A stretch of DNA of 43,749 bases from contig JBEKCW010000001.1 of the NCBI GenBank assembly GCA_050014675.1, forward strand, positions 1 to 43,749, in the 5' to 3' direction. Both the position numbers and the translations under genes were made by a program. Of the stretch, positions 23,691-32,138 are shown piece after piece. Under the pieces are notes generated by a model, which was given only the letters and a program-made list of their open reading frames with translations, was not told the DNA's origin and made no database searches. The DNA is from Terracidiphilus sp. (GTDB lineage Bacteria; Acidobacteriota; Terriglobia; Terriglobales; Acidobacteriaceae). The stretch's first letter is position 1, and every line of letters begins with the position of its first letter.

Positions 23691-24755
23691 ATGTCATTAA
23701 ACGGATATCCCTCTCGATCTTCGCGATCGCACGGCCTGCGCTCGCTGTTCAGCATGTTTTCAAGCGACCTGGCCATCGATCTCGGCACCGCCAATACGCT
23801 GGTCTTCGCGGCGGGCAAGGGTATTGTGGTGAACGAGCCCTCCATTGTTGCGATTAACAAGAATACCGGTGAAGTTGAAGCCGTGGGCAAAGAGGCCAAG
23901 GAGATGCTGGGCCGCACGCCAGGCAACATTGTGGCTATCAAGCCGATGAAAGACGGCGTGATTGCCGACTTCAAAGTTACCGAGAAGATGCTCAATTACT
24001 TCATCCAGAAGGCGCACAACCGCAAGATGCTGGTGCATCCGCGCATTGTGATCGGCGTGCCCTCCGAGATTACGCAGGTTGAAAAGCGCGCCGTTGAAGA
24101 CTCGGCTTATCGCGCCAAGGCCAGCGAGGTTTATCTCGTTGAGCAGGCCATGGTGGCCGCGATCGGCGCGGGGCTGCCCATTACCGAGCCCTCGGGCAAC
24201 ATGGTGGTCGACATCGGGGGTGGCACGACCGACATTGCAGTGATTTCGTTGAGCGGCATTGTTTATTCGCGATCCGTACGCATGGCCGGCAACCAGATGG
24301 ACGAAGCCATTACCAATTACCTGAAGCGCAAGTACAACCTGCTGATCGGCGAGCGCACCGCGGAACAGATCAAGATTGAGATTGGCTCGGCGTACCCGCT
24401 GGAGAAACCGCTGACGCTTGAGATCAAGGGACGCAACCTGATTGAGGGCGTGCCCAAGACCATTGTGATTGACGACAGCGAGATTCGCGAATCGCTCGGC
24501 GAGTGCATTGCGGTGATTATGAACGCCATTCGGGTGGCGCTGGAACGCACGCCGCCTGAGCTCTCGGCCGACATCAGCGACAGGGGCATTGTGCTGACCG
24601 GCGGTGGCGCGCTGATCAAGAACCTCGACAAGCGCATTCGCGAGGAAACCGGCCTGCCCGTATCGGTGGCCGACGATCCGCTGGCGTCCGTCGTGCTCGG
24701 CACCGGCAAGATGCTTTCGGACTTCAGGCTGCTGCGCAAAATCAAGATCGATTAG
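23691..24755 (+). CDS. mreB: Rod shape-determining protein MreB
   Basis: DLAIDLGTANT, VVDIGGGTTD and VLTGGGAL. The start could alternatively be at MFSSD. Confidence 0.98.
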   Translation: MSLNGYPSRSSRSHGLRSLFSMFSSDLAIDLGTANTLVFAAGKGIVVNEPSIVAINKNTGEVEAVGKEAKEMLGRTPGNIVAIKPMKDGVIADFKVTEKMLNYFIQKAHNRKMLVHPRIVIGVPSEITQVEKRAVEDSAYRAKASEVYLVEQAMVAAIGAGLPITEPSGNMVVDIGGGTTDIAVISLSGIVYSRSVRMAGNQMDEAITNYLKRKYNLLIGERTAEQIKIEIGSAYPLEKPLTLEIKGRNLIEGVPKTIVIDDSEIRESLGECIAVIMNAIRVALERTPPELSADISDRGIVLTGGGALIKNLDKRIREETGLPVSVADDPLASVVLGTGKMLSDFRLLRKIKID

Positions 24756-24757
24756 CG

Positions 24758-24898
24758 CAGTGGTCAGTGGTCAGGAAAATCGCGGCGTCGACTGAGGCCC
24801 GACTACATTCGCGCTGCTGATTCTAAAGCCACGGCTTGTGTTGATGCGCTGGTTCTGTCGGTTCACACTGATCACTGACAACTGATCACTGACCACTG
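24758..24898. repeat. Inverted heptamer arrays forming an intercistronic stem-loop between mreB and mreC
   Basis: CAGTGGTCAGTGGTCAG on the left and CACTGATCACTGACAACTGATCACTGACCACTG on the right. Confidence 0.75.
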
Positions 24899-24904
24899 GC
24901 TTTT

Positions 24905-26158
24905 ATGGATTCCTTCTTCACTCGTTATCGAAACCTGCTGGTGCTGGCGATTGTGCTGGTGGCCCAGATTATGGGCCTTGCGCTGCAGGTGCGGCGATTC
25001 GGCGGCGGGCATAGCAGTCTCGACGTGCGCGATGGCTCGGGAGTGCGGCTCATCCGGCTGTGGGCCGAGTCGGTTGTGTCACCCTTCGAGCGGGGGATTC
25101 ACGGAACCGGTGAGGGCGCCAGTGGGTTGTGGAGTAACTACGCAAACCTGCGCAACGTGCGGCAGCAGAACCAGCAACTGCAGCAGACCATCGACCGGCT
25201 TCGCCTTGAACAGGCAGCGCTGCTCGAAGACGCGAAGCAGGGACAGCGTCTGCAGGCGATGCTCAACTTTCAGCAGAAGTACATCTACTCCACGCTCGGC
25301 GCACAGGTCATCGGCTCAAGCGGCAGCGAACTGTCGCATGTGTTTTATATCGATAAGGGCGAAGATTACAACCTGAAGCCCGATATGGCCGTTATCACCG
25401 GCGATGGTATTGTGGGCAAGGTGCGCGACGTTTTTCCTCACACCGCGCAGGTGCTGGCCATCAACGACCAGACGAGTGGGGCGGGCGTGATTCTTGAAGC
25501 CACGCGCATTCGCGGCATTTTGCGCGGCGACCCCTCGGGGCGGCTGATGGTGGTGGGCGTTCTCTCCGACGAGCGTATTCAACCTGGCGAAGCGGTGCTA
25601 ACTGCCGGCGGCGATCTTATCTTTCCGCGGGGTCTGGCGGTCGGAGTGGTTGACAAGGTGGTTCGCGATCCGACACACGACGGATTTATCGACATCATGG
25701 TGAAGCCGGCGGCGCATCTTGACCGGCTCGACGAAGTCATGGTGATCACTTCAACCCAGCCGCGCTTCAACAACCAGGAACAGAAGGACGTGGATACGAG
25801 CGAGGCCGAGAAGGGCGCGGACGCGCAGGCGATCAAGGACCAGTTGAAAGCTTCGCAGATTATGGCCGAGCATTTGCCCGGTTTGATCAACCCTAATCTG
25901 CCGCCGGATCAGCAGCCGCTGAACGACTCCAGCGACCCACCCCTGCCGAAGGCTCCGCCGCAGCCGCTGCATCCCGATCGCTTTACTCCCGGCAGCGCAG
26001 TTACGCCTGCGGCTGAGGATACCAGCGAGCCTGCTGCCAGCGCGCAGCCGCGCACTGCAGAGCCCGGCAAAACCAGACCGGAACAGGCTAAACCGAAACG
26101 GGCTAAACCAAATCAGCGCAAACCGGCAACAGGAACTCCACCGCAGGGGAACCGTTAG
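24905..26158 (+). CDS. mreC: Rod shape-determining protein MreC
   Basis: N-terminal TM, coiled coil, IDKG...MAVIT..GIVGKV, VLTAGGDLIFPRGLAVG and a Pro-rich tail; follows mreB. Confidence 0.95.
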   Translation: MDSFFTRYRNLLVLAIVLVAQIMGLALQVRRFGGGHSSLDVRDGSGVRLIRLWAESVVSPFERGIHGTGEGASGLWSNYANLRNVRQQNQQLQQTIDRLRLEQAALLEDAKQGQRLQAMLNFQQKYIYSTLGAQVIGSSGSELSHVFYIDKGEDYNLKPDMAVITGDGIVGKVRDVFPHTAQVLAINDQTSGAGVILEATRIRGILRGDPSGRLMVVGVLSDERIQPGEAVLTAGGDLIFPRGLAVGVVDKVVRDPTHDGFIDIMVKPAAHLDRLDEVMVITSTQPRFNNQEQKDVDTSEAEKGADAQAIKDQLKASQIMAEHLPGLINPNLPPDQQPLNDSSDPPLPKAPPQPLHPDRFTPGSAVTPAAEDTSEPAASAQPRTAEPGKTRPEQAKPKRAKPNQRKPATGTPPQGNR

Positions 26159-26159
26159 C

Positions 26160-26681
26160 ATGAAATTGCTCGGCGCCGACGATCGGCGCGATCTCGAGAT
26201 TCATCGGTATCCGCTGCTGATTTACGCGCTTGTCCCTTTGACGGCGCTGGTGTTGCAGGCGTGGTTGCCTCGTGTCCTGGGGCGGTACGCGTTTTTCGAT
26301 CTGCCGCTGGTGGTGACTGTTTACTTTGCGCTCGGCCGCCGTTCGCCGATCCAGGGCACGCTGATGGGCGCGGCCATGGGGCTGCTTGAAGACGCGCTCA
26401 CGACGCACGCGATTGGCGTGAACGGGGTTGCCAAAACTACGGTCGGATTTATTGCCGCATCAACGGGCATACGCATTGACGTTGAGAATCACCTGATCCG
26501 CGTGGTTCTGAATTTTGTGCTGTCGCTGCTATCGAGCGCCATTTACTACGGCGTCTACCGGGGAATGCTGGGACTGGACCTGGCGTGGAACTGGTACACG
26601 CAGCTGTTCATCGCTATAGGGAATGCGGTGATTGCGCTGATCCTGTTTCCGCTCCTTGACCGGCTGCAGGTTAGGGACTGA
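26160..26681 (+). CDS. mreD: Rod shape-determining protein MreD
   Basis: Hydrophobic 173 aa with DLPLVVTVYFAL and GLLEDAL motifs; follows mreC. Confidence 0.92.
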   Translation: MKLLGADDRRDLEIHRYPLLIYALVPLTALVLQAWLPRVLGRYAFFDLPLVVTVYFALGRRSPIQGTLMGAAMGLLEDALTTHAIGVNGVAKTTVGFIAASTGIRIDVENHLIRVVLNFVLSLLSSAIYYGVYRGMLGLDLAWNWYTQLFIAIGNAVIALILFPLLDRLQVRD

Positions 26682-26949
26682 GGGCCGATTTCGCTGCTGA
26701 GCTGTGGAACTGTGAAGCGGGTGCCGCTAAGCGATTGATTCGGTTACCTGGGCTGTCACAGGATCACGGAAAAAAATGACTTCCCCCGTTTGCATTCGTT
26801 TTTTTTGCAGATTTGCCGGTTTTTTTGGGGGGGGCGATTTTCTTCATGTTTCCGGTCGCAAACCTTTCTATTTAAGATTGTGCGCCGGGAGGGCGTAATT
26901 ACCGGCAATATGGGAAAAGAAAATTCTCGGGGCAAAATGAGGCGGGGTT

Positions 26950-27038
26950 CGGGCGTGGAGGCCCGAACGACAACCGGCCTCCACCCCAGCGAGCACAAAT
27001 CGTTCGCCGGGGACCCCGGGCTGGAGCCAGGCGCAACT
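26950..27038 (+). repeat. Family C repeat interrupted by a 42-nt palindromic insert
   Basis: Aligns with 23448-23494 except for the insert at 26978-27019, which is bounded by a duplicated CCGG. Confidence 0.75.
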
Positions 27039-27112
27039 GGCTTTAGCGCAATTTTCAGGGCAGAACTTTCGACTTCGGTTCGTGGTTCATTTGGATGGGT
27101 TGGGTGGGGGTT

Positions 27113-27239
27113 GTGCTATCCCAGGTCCCCAAATGCGAGGGACCTGGGGCACCCAGTTTTGTGGTTGGTTGAGATGGGCTGGGTGAGGGTTGTGCTGTCC
27201 CACCCTTTTCGCAAAATGCGCGAAAAGGATGGGGCAACC
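27113..27239 (+). repeat. Two REP-like palindromes, family A
   Basis: 27113-27154 (GTGCTATCCCAGGTCCC...GGGACCTGGGGCACCC) and 27192-27239 (GTGCTGTCCCACCCTTTTCGC...GCGAAAAGGATGGGGCAACC). Confidence 0.85.
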
Positions 27240-27337
27240 AAGGGGTGGGCCCAGGAGGTGCAAATGCTCAAGCGTAGCCGTGGTATCAGGCTGAGCGGCT
27301 TGACTCAGGCCGCAATGCGTCGGTTAACGGCCACAGC

Positions 27338-29272
27338 TTACTGGTCTGTGTTTTTCGTTGCATCCGCCGGCGCTTTCTCCAGAGTAGTCAGCGGCGCAGC
27401 AATATCGTCGAGATAGGCGGCCGTGCCGTCGACGCGCACGAGCACCGGATAGCGCTCTCCGCCGTGATAGTCAATTTCGGCAGTGTGTACGAAAGAGTCG
27501 GCCTGAATAATGAGGTGAATGGGTTCCGAGCCGGTTTTTGCGGCGCGCATGGCAGAGCGCAGCGCATCGGATGAAAAGATTTGTCCGTCGACGGCAATGA
27601 TTCTTTCTCCGGGGGCCAACTTCGCCTTATCGGCAGGGCCATTCCACAGCACGTCGCGGATGCTGCCGTCGTTGCCAATGCGCAATCCGAGCGAATACCA
27701 GACATCGATTCCGCGCCGGGGTCCGCCCGCCCCCATCATCATCCTCGCCGTCGGGCTCGGCTTGTCCTGATACACCAGCTTGTAGCCGCCCTGCTCGAAC
27801 CCCGCCAAATCTGCCCGTTCGTTGATCTTGTAAACGCGGTCGCGCAGAAACGTGGCCCAATCATAGGCAACCACTTCGTTCAGATCCTGAACCAGTTCGT
27901 CGAAGTTGTAAGTAACGATCAAGGGTCCCGTGTTGCCGCCGTTGCCCAGAAAGATTCGCTCAAAGTCGACGAGCGATTTTTTGTTGCCGGTCTTTTGGCG
28001 AATGAGGGTGTCCGCGTCGAGCCACAGCAGCGCGCCCTCGAGGTAGTAGTCCTGCTCGCGCCGCCAGTTTCCCCACGCCGGGTTGCCGCCACGCAAAATG
28101 CTCGCCGCATCCGCCGTATCTTCAGTCGAGCGCCAGTCCCGGCCCGGGGTCGAATCCATGTCCGCCCCAATCGCGGCAAACTCATCGCGGAACTGCGCCG
28201 GTGTCTCCAGGCCCGAGCGCGCCGCCAGCACGTAGCCCAGGTACTGGGTCATGCCCTCGTACACCCATAACAGGCCGCCCTGCTGGGCCGTTGCGAAATC
28301 CGGCTCATACAGTCCCACGGGACGCCGGTACTTGCCGTTCCAGGAATGCGTGTACTCGTGCGACAGCAGATCCGCATCCATTACCTGGTGGGCTGCATCG
28401 GAAAATCCCTTCTCGCCCACGCCGTTGTCTGACGACTGCCCATGTTCCAGTCCTTCGCCGCCGGCCACGTCTGAGAGCGTAAGCAGAAAGTGGTAGACGT
28501 TGTAATGGTGGCTGCCATAGAGCGCGTTGGCCTCGCGCACCAGGTTGCTTACGGCGACCACAAACTCCGGCCGCAGCTTCGCATCTTCTGGCTGGTCCGC
28601 GACCACGTCGAGATAATGTTTCGGCGTCATCTCCGGCGCCAGAGCGTACTCGTGGAAGTTCTCGCCCGTAATGATCGGCGAATCTTCAAGCTGCTCCACG
28701 TTAGTGGCGGCAAAACGCGTCGTGCTTCCCGGCGCCGGCACCGGATACGATCCCGCGCCTTCTGGCGTGAGCGCCGTCCCAACGCCCCAACCCGCTGGAA
28801 CATCAAGCGACGGTTGAATGGGAATATCGCGCACCGGTGTGTGCGCCGGATACAGCAGCAGCTTCTCCCATTCGAGCACCGCCAGCTTGTCTGAGACGCG
28901 CGATGTCACAATGCAGTCAAGATGCGCGTGCAGCGTGGTAACGCCGTCGGGGACCGTGACATGGAACTCGTAGAGGTCCACTTCGTCGCGCTGCCACGGC
29001 AGCGTTTTTCCATCAGCGGTGAACACAACTCCGGTGATCTCGCTGACTGGCCCCGTCGGCCGATGATTCCCGGGGATCCACTCTGGCGTGGTGAGCGCAA
29101 GGGGCCCGGGCTTTACGGGCAAATCGATCTCGGCATGATAAAGCTTGCGCGGCGCATCGGTAAGGTCGGCGGTGATGCGAATAGGCTGAGTTTGCGCATG
29201 AACGGGCAGAACCAAAGGCGCCACAAGAAGAAGGAACAGCATCGCCGAGGAAGCGCGACGGACTAATGACAT
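27338..29272 (-). CDS. M61 family glycyl aminopeptidase-like metallopeptidase with C-terminal PDZ domain, exported
   Basis: Signal peptide, PEWIPG, GEGLEH, zincin HEYTHSWNGK...LWVYEG and PDZ (GPADKAKLAPGERIIAVDG). ATG 29272 has a CAGGAG SD. Confidence 0.9.
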   Translation of the reverse strand: MSLVRRASSAMLFLLLVAPLVLPVHAQTQPIRITADLTDAPRKLYHAEIDLPVKPGPLALTTPEWIPGNHRPTGPVSEITGVVFTADGKTLPWQRDEVDLYEFHVTVPDGVTTLHAHLDCIVTSRVSDKLAVLEWEKLLLYPAHTPVRDIPIQPSLDVPAGWGVGTALTPEGAGSYPVPAPGSTTRFAATNVEQLEDSPIITGENFHEYALAPEMTPKHYLDVVADQPEDAKLRPEFVVAVSNLVREANALYGSHHYNVYHFLLTLSDVAGGEGLEHGQSSDNGVGEKGFSDAAHQVMDADLLSHEYTHSWNGKYRRPVGLYEPDFATAQQGGLLWVYEGMTQYLGYVLAARSGLETPAQFRDEFAAIGADMDSTPGRDWRSTEDTADAASILRGGNPAWGNWRREQDYYLEGALLWLDADTLIRQKTGNKKSLVDFERIFLGNGGNTGPLIVTYNFDELVQDLNEVVAYDWATFLRDRVYKINERADLAGFEQGGYKLVYQDKPSPTARMMMGAGGPRRGIDVWYSLGLRIGNDGSIRDVLWNGPADKAKLAPGERIIAVDGQIFSSDALRSAMRAAKTGSEPIHLIIQADSFVHTAEIDYHGGERYPVLVRVDGTAAYLDDIAAPLTTLEKAPADATKNTDQ

Positions 29273-29353
29273 GGGGAAAAATCTCCTGAGAACCAAGGTT
29301 ATCGCAGCGAGGCTGGAAGTCGGCGGGACGCGATGCCCTGTGGCCCTTGTTTC

Positions 29354-29371
29354 TGCACCATTAGTGGTGCA
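29354..29371. promoter_or_regulatory. Perfect palindrome resembling an NtrC-type binding site upstream of glnA
   Basis: TGCACCA-TTAG-TGGTGCA. The half-sites match the NtrC consensus but the spacer is 4 nt rather than 3. Confidence 0.5.
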
Positions 29372-29580
29372 GTTCGGTGGTTTTCCACTATGCGGAACCG
29401 GCTGCCCAAATTTCTCCGCTATAGTGCTCCCGTCAGCGATAAGCTGATCGCAAGATTCGGGCGCTGTTGGCCCGCGCCGAAGAGTTAAGCTAGCTGTAAC
29501 ACTCCACAACAAAGCCCTCGAGCGCCCTCAGGCACCGGGGGTCTATTTTAGCGAGACCAACCGTATTACGAAGGAGATCC

Positions 29581-31011
29581 ATGTCTACCGACTATCGCAA
29601 TTTCCTTGCTCTTTCATACGAAGAGCTCGAGGAACTCAATCTGGCCGCCAAGGCCGATCGCGCCGGCCGCGTCGCTGCCGACGAAGTCCGTGACAAGCGC
29701 TTGAAATACCTCACCGACGAAAAGCGGATCAAGGCCGTGACTGTGTTGTTTTCCGATCTTGAAGGCCGGCTGCATCTGCTGGACTACGACAAGAAATTTC
29801 TGCTTGGCGCCTATGAGAACCTCACCTTTGATGGCTCATCCATCCGCGGCTTTACCGCGCAGAAAGAAAGCGACCTGCGCCTGGGCATTGACTGGAGCGC
29901 CTTCTATTGGGTGCCCGCGGACGTGTTCGGAAACGGCAAGGTGCTGGTCTTTGGCAACGTGATCGACAAAGACGGCACACAGTACTCGGGCGACATGCGC
30001 GGCGTGCTCAAGAGCTACTCCGAAACGCTGTTCAACACCAAGAAATACACCCTGAACGCCGCCACTGAGATTGAGGGGTTTCTTTTTGCGTGTAAGGATG
30101 CTGAGCAGACTTATCACCAGACCGGAAAATTCGAGTGCATCAATACCGGCGGCTACTACCACGTGCTGCCGCTCGATCCCCTGCGCCAGTTCATTGACAC
30201 TGCTGCCGAAGTGCAGCGCGCCATGGGCTTCCAGAATGAGAAGGACCACCCCGAGGTAGCGCCCAGCCAATTCGAGATCAACTTTGGCTATGCTGAAGTG
30301 GTTGCAGCAGCCGACCAGATCCAGCTCTACAAGCTGCTCTGCCGCCAGATCGCCGCGAACATGGGCTACACAGCATGTTTCCTGCCTAAGCCGATTGTCG
30401 GCGTGAACGGCAGCGGCATGCACACCAACGTCTCAGTCTCAAAGGGCAAGACCAACCTGTTCTGGGATGAGAAGGGCAAAGAGAATCTTTCAAAGTTCGG
30501 ATGGGACTTCCTCGATCGCATCCTGAGCCAGGCGCTCGATCTGTGCCTGATCTTCAATTCGAGCGTGAACGCGTACCGCCGGCTCGACCCCCACTTCGAG
30601 GCGCCGAACCAGATCCGCGCATCGGCCGTCGATCGCGGCGCAATGATTCGCGTGCCCATCGGCAACCATCGCTCCATGCGCACCGAGGTTCGCGCCGTGG
30701 CGCCCGACGCCAACCCCTACCTGTCGCTTTACAGCATCTTCAAAACCGGCATCGACGGAACCATCGCAAAGCACAAGGATTTGCGCTCCGGCGGCCGCTA
30801 CCTGCCTGACAATATCCAGACCGCCATCGACGACTTCAAGGCTTCCAAGTGGATTGGCGACATTCTCGGCGCAGACGTGCAGGGCCGTTACGCCGACCTG
30901 AAGCAAGCCGTGGCGAACCGCTCTCCGCGTGAACTTGGGACCATTGTCAAAGGCTCCGAAGTGCAATTCCATCACGCGGTTTACAACCAGTCGTTGTGGA
31001 ATTTGTTTTAG
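29581..31011 (+). CDS. glnA: Glutamine synthetase (type I family)
   Basis: FDGSSIRGF...ESDL, EIEGF, HPEVAPSQFE, PKPIVGVNGSGMHTNVS, NAYRRL..HFEAP, RGAMIRVP and EVR. AAGGAG SD. Confidence 0.9.
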   Translation: MSTDYRNFLALSYEELEELNLAAKADRAGRVAADEVRDKRLKYLTDEKRIKAVTVLFSDLEGRLHLLDYDKKFLLGAYENLTFDGSSIRGFTAQKESDLRLGIDWSAFYWVPADVFGNGKVLVFGNVIDKDGTQYSGDMRGVLKSYSETLFNTKKYTLNAATEIEGFLFACKDAEQTYHQTGKFECINTGGYYHVLPLDPLRQFIDTAAEVQRAMGFQNEKDHPEVAPSQFEINFGYAEVVAAADQIQLYKLLCRQIAANMGYTACFLPKPIVGVNGSGMHTNVSVSKGKTNLFWDEKGKENLSKFGWDFLDRILSQALDLCLIFNSSVNAYRRLDPHFEAPNQIRASAVDRGAMIRVPIGNHRSMRTEVRAVAPDANPYLSLYSIFKTGIDGTIAKHKDLRSGGRYLPDNIQTAIDDFKASKWIGDILGADVQGRYADLKQAVANRSPRELGTIVKGSEVQFHHAVYNQSLWNLF

Positions 31012-31041
31012 GTCTTTGACCGCTTGAATTTATACAAGTGT

Positions 31042-31187
31042 GGGTGCCCCATCCTTTCCGCAGCTTCATTGCGGAAAGGGTGGGAACCCTCAAAATCATG
31101 CGGTCAAAAGAATAACTATCCACTGTCAGAGCAGGGGTGCCCCATCCTCGCCGCGTCTTTGTTATTGCGGCTAGGATGGGATTGCAC
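31042..31187 (-). repeat. Two REP-like palindromes, family A (reverse orientation)
   Basis: GGGTGCCCCATCCT...AGGGTGGGA (31042-31090) and GGGTGCCCCATCCT...AGGATGGGATTGCAC (31135-31187) downstream of glnA. Confidence 0.85.
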
Positions 31188-31239
31188 ATACATTAGTCTC
31201 GGTCCCTTAATTTATGACCATTCCACTTAAGGCGGTCCC

Positions 31240-31419
31240 GTGGAGCTGAAGCCGATCGCAACCGACTCAGAGCACGACGCCGCTCTGCGTGAAGTCGAAC
31301 GCCTTTGGGGCGCAAAGGAAGGCACCGCCGACGGGGACCGCCTGGAAGTTCTCATGACCTTGGTAGAAGTCTATGAAGAGGAGCATTTTCCAATGGACTT
31401 ACCTGATCCGGCCAAGTGA
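31240..31419 (+). pseudogene. higA: Truncated HigA-type antitoxin (N-terminal domain only, no HTH)
   Basis: Not in the ORF track (59 aa): MELKPIATDSEHDAALREVERLWGAKEGTADGDRLEVLMTLVEVYEEEHFPMDLPDPAK. It stops right after the PDP that normally precedes the HTH. No higB is visible upstream. Confidence 0.75.
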
Positions 31420-31469
31420 GAAACGGTCAGCGCGCACGATTCGTAGTCAATCCATGAGGCAAAGAATCC

Positions 31470-31907
31470 ATGGGGAAGATATCAATTAAGGGCGTGTTGG
31501 TGGGAGGCATTACCGACGTTGGCGTGACGCTAATCCTGGGATTGCCTATTTCAGTCTATGTCGGCCTTCGAGTAATCGCCGCTCATATTCCGAAGGACCA
31601 AATCCAGACCTCTGTTCAAGCGATAATGCACCGTCCGGAAGTATTCTTTCCGCAGTTGCTCATCGGATGCGCTTGCTCTGTTCTTGGAGGCTACGTGGCC
31701 GCACACATCGCAAAGCACGATGAACTTCTCAATGGTTGTTTGGCCTCTGTCCTTTGTGTTGCATTGGGGATATGGTCGCTCGCGACCCATGGGGCGTCCG
31801 AGCCCCTCTGGGAAGAGATCCTCATGTTCGTGGAGAGCCCTGTACTCAGTTTGCTAGGTGGTTACCTGTGCCTGAGGCAAAGGCGGCGCACATTGCAACC
31901 GGCCTGA
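31470..31907 (+). CDS. Hypothetical membrane protein (about 4 TM)
   Basis: Four hydrophobic stretches with a repeated LGGY motif; lower GC than its neighbours. Confidence 0.75.
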   Translation: MGKISIKGVLVGGITDVGVTLILGLPISVYVGLRVIAAHIPKDQIQTSVQAIMHRPEVFFPQLLIGCACSVLGGYVAAHIAKHDELLNGCLASVLCVALGIWSLATHGASEPLWEEILMFVESPVLSLLGGYLCLRQRRRTLQPA

Positions 31908-32138
31908 TCTTCTTTTCATTTGCGTAGGAATTGGCAGAGCAAGCAAGCCCCTACCCCATTTCCTGATGGTCCCTTTATCTCAGGCGTGTTAGAAACAAAA
32001 GTACAGGGTACCAGCGGAGCTTGCTCAAGAACCGAGCCGGCAAGATCGTGACAGGCAAACTCGTTCCCGCACGCCGCGTCCGACGCCGTCTTTTTCCCGG
32101 CATGATTCAGCGTATTGACGAACGATATTCAGGGGCGC

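Noticed and set aside
26790-27416. 208-aa ORF downstream of mreD
   Set aside because: It is composed of homopolymer tracts and REP-like repeats and overlaps the M61 gene end.
29455-29580. Possible glutamine (glnA) riboswitch or GlnR/TnrA box upstream of glnA
   Set aside because: Only GTTGGCCC resembles the riboswitch 5' strand and the rest of the junction is not evident. TGTAA-N7-CAACA is an imperfect match that could be chance. An Rfam scan would be decisive.
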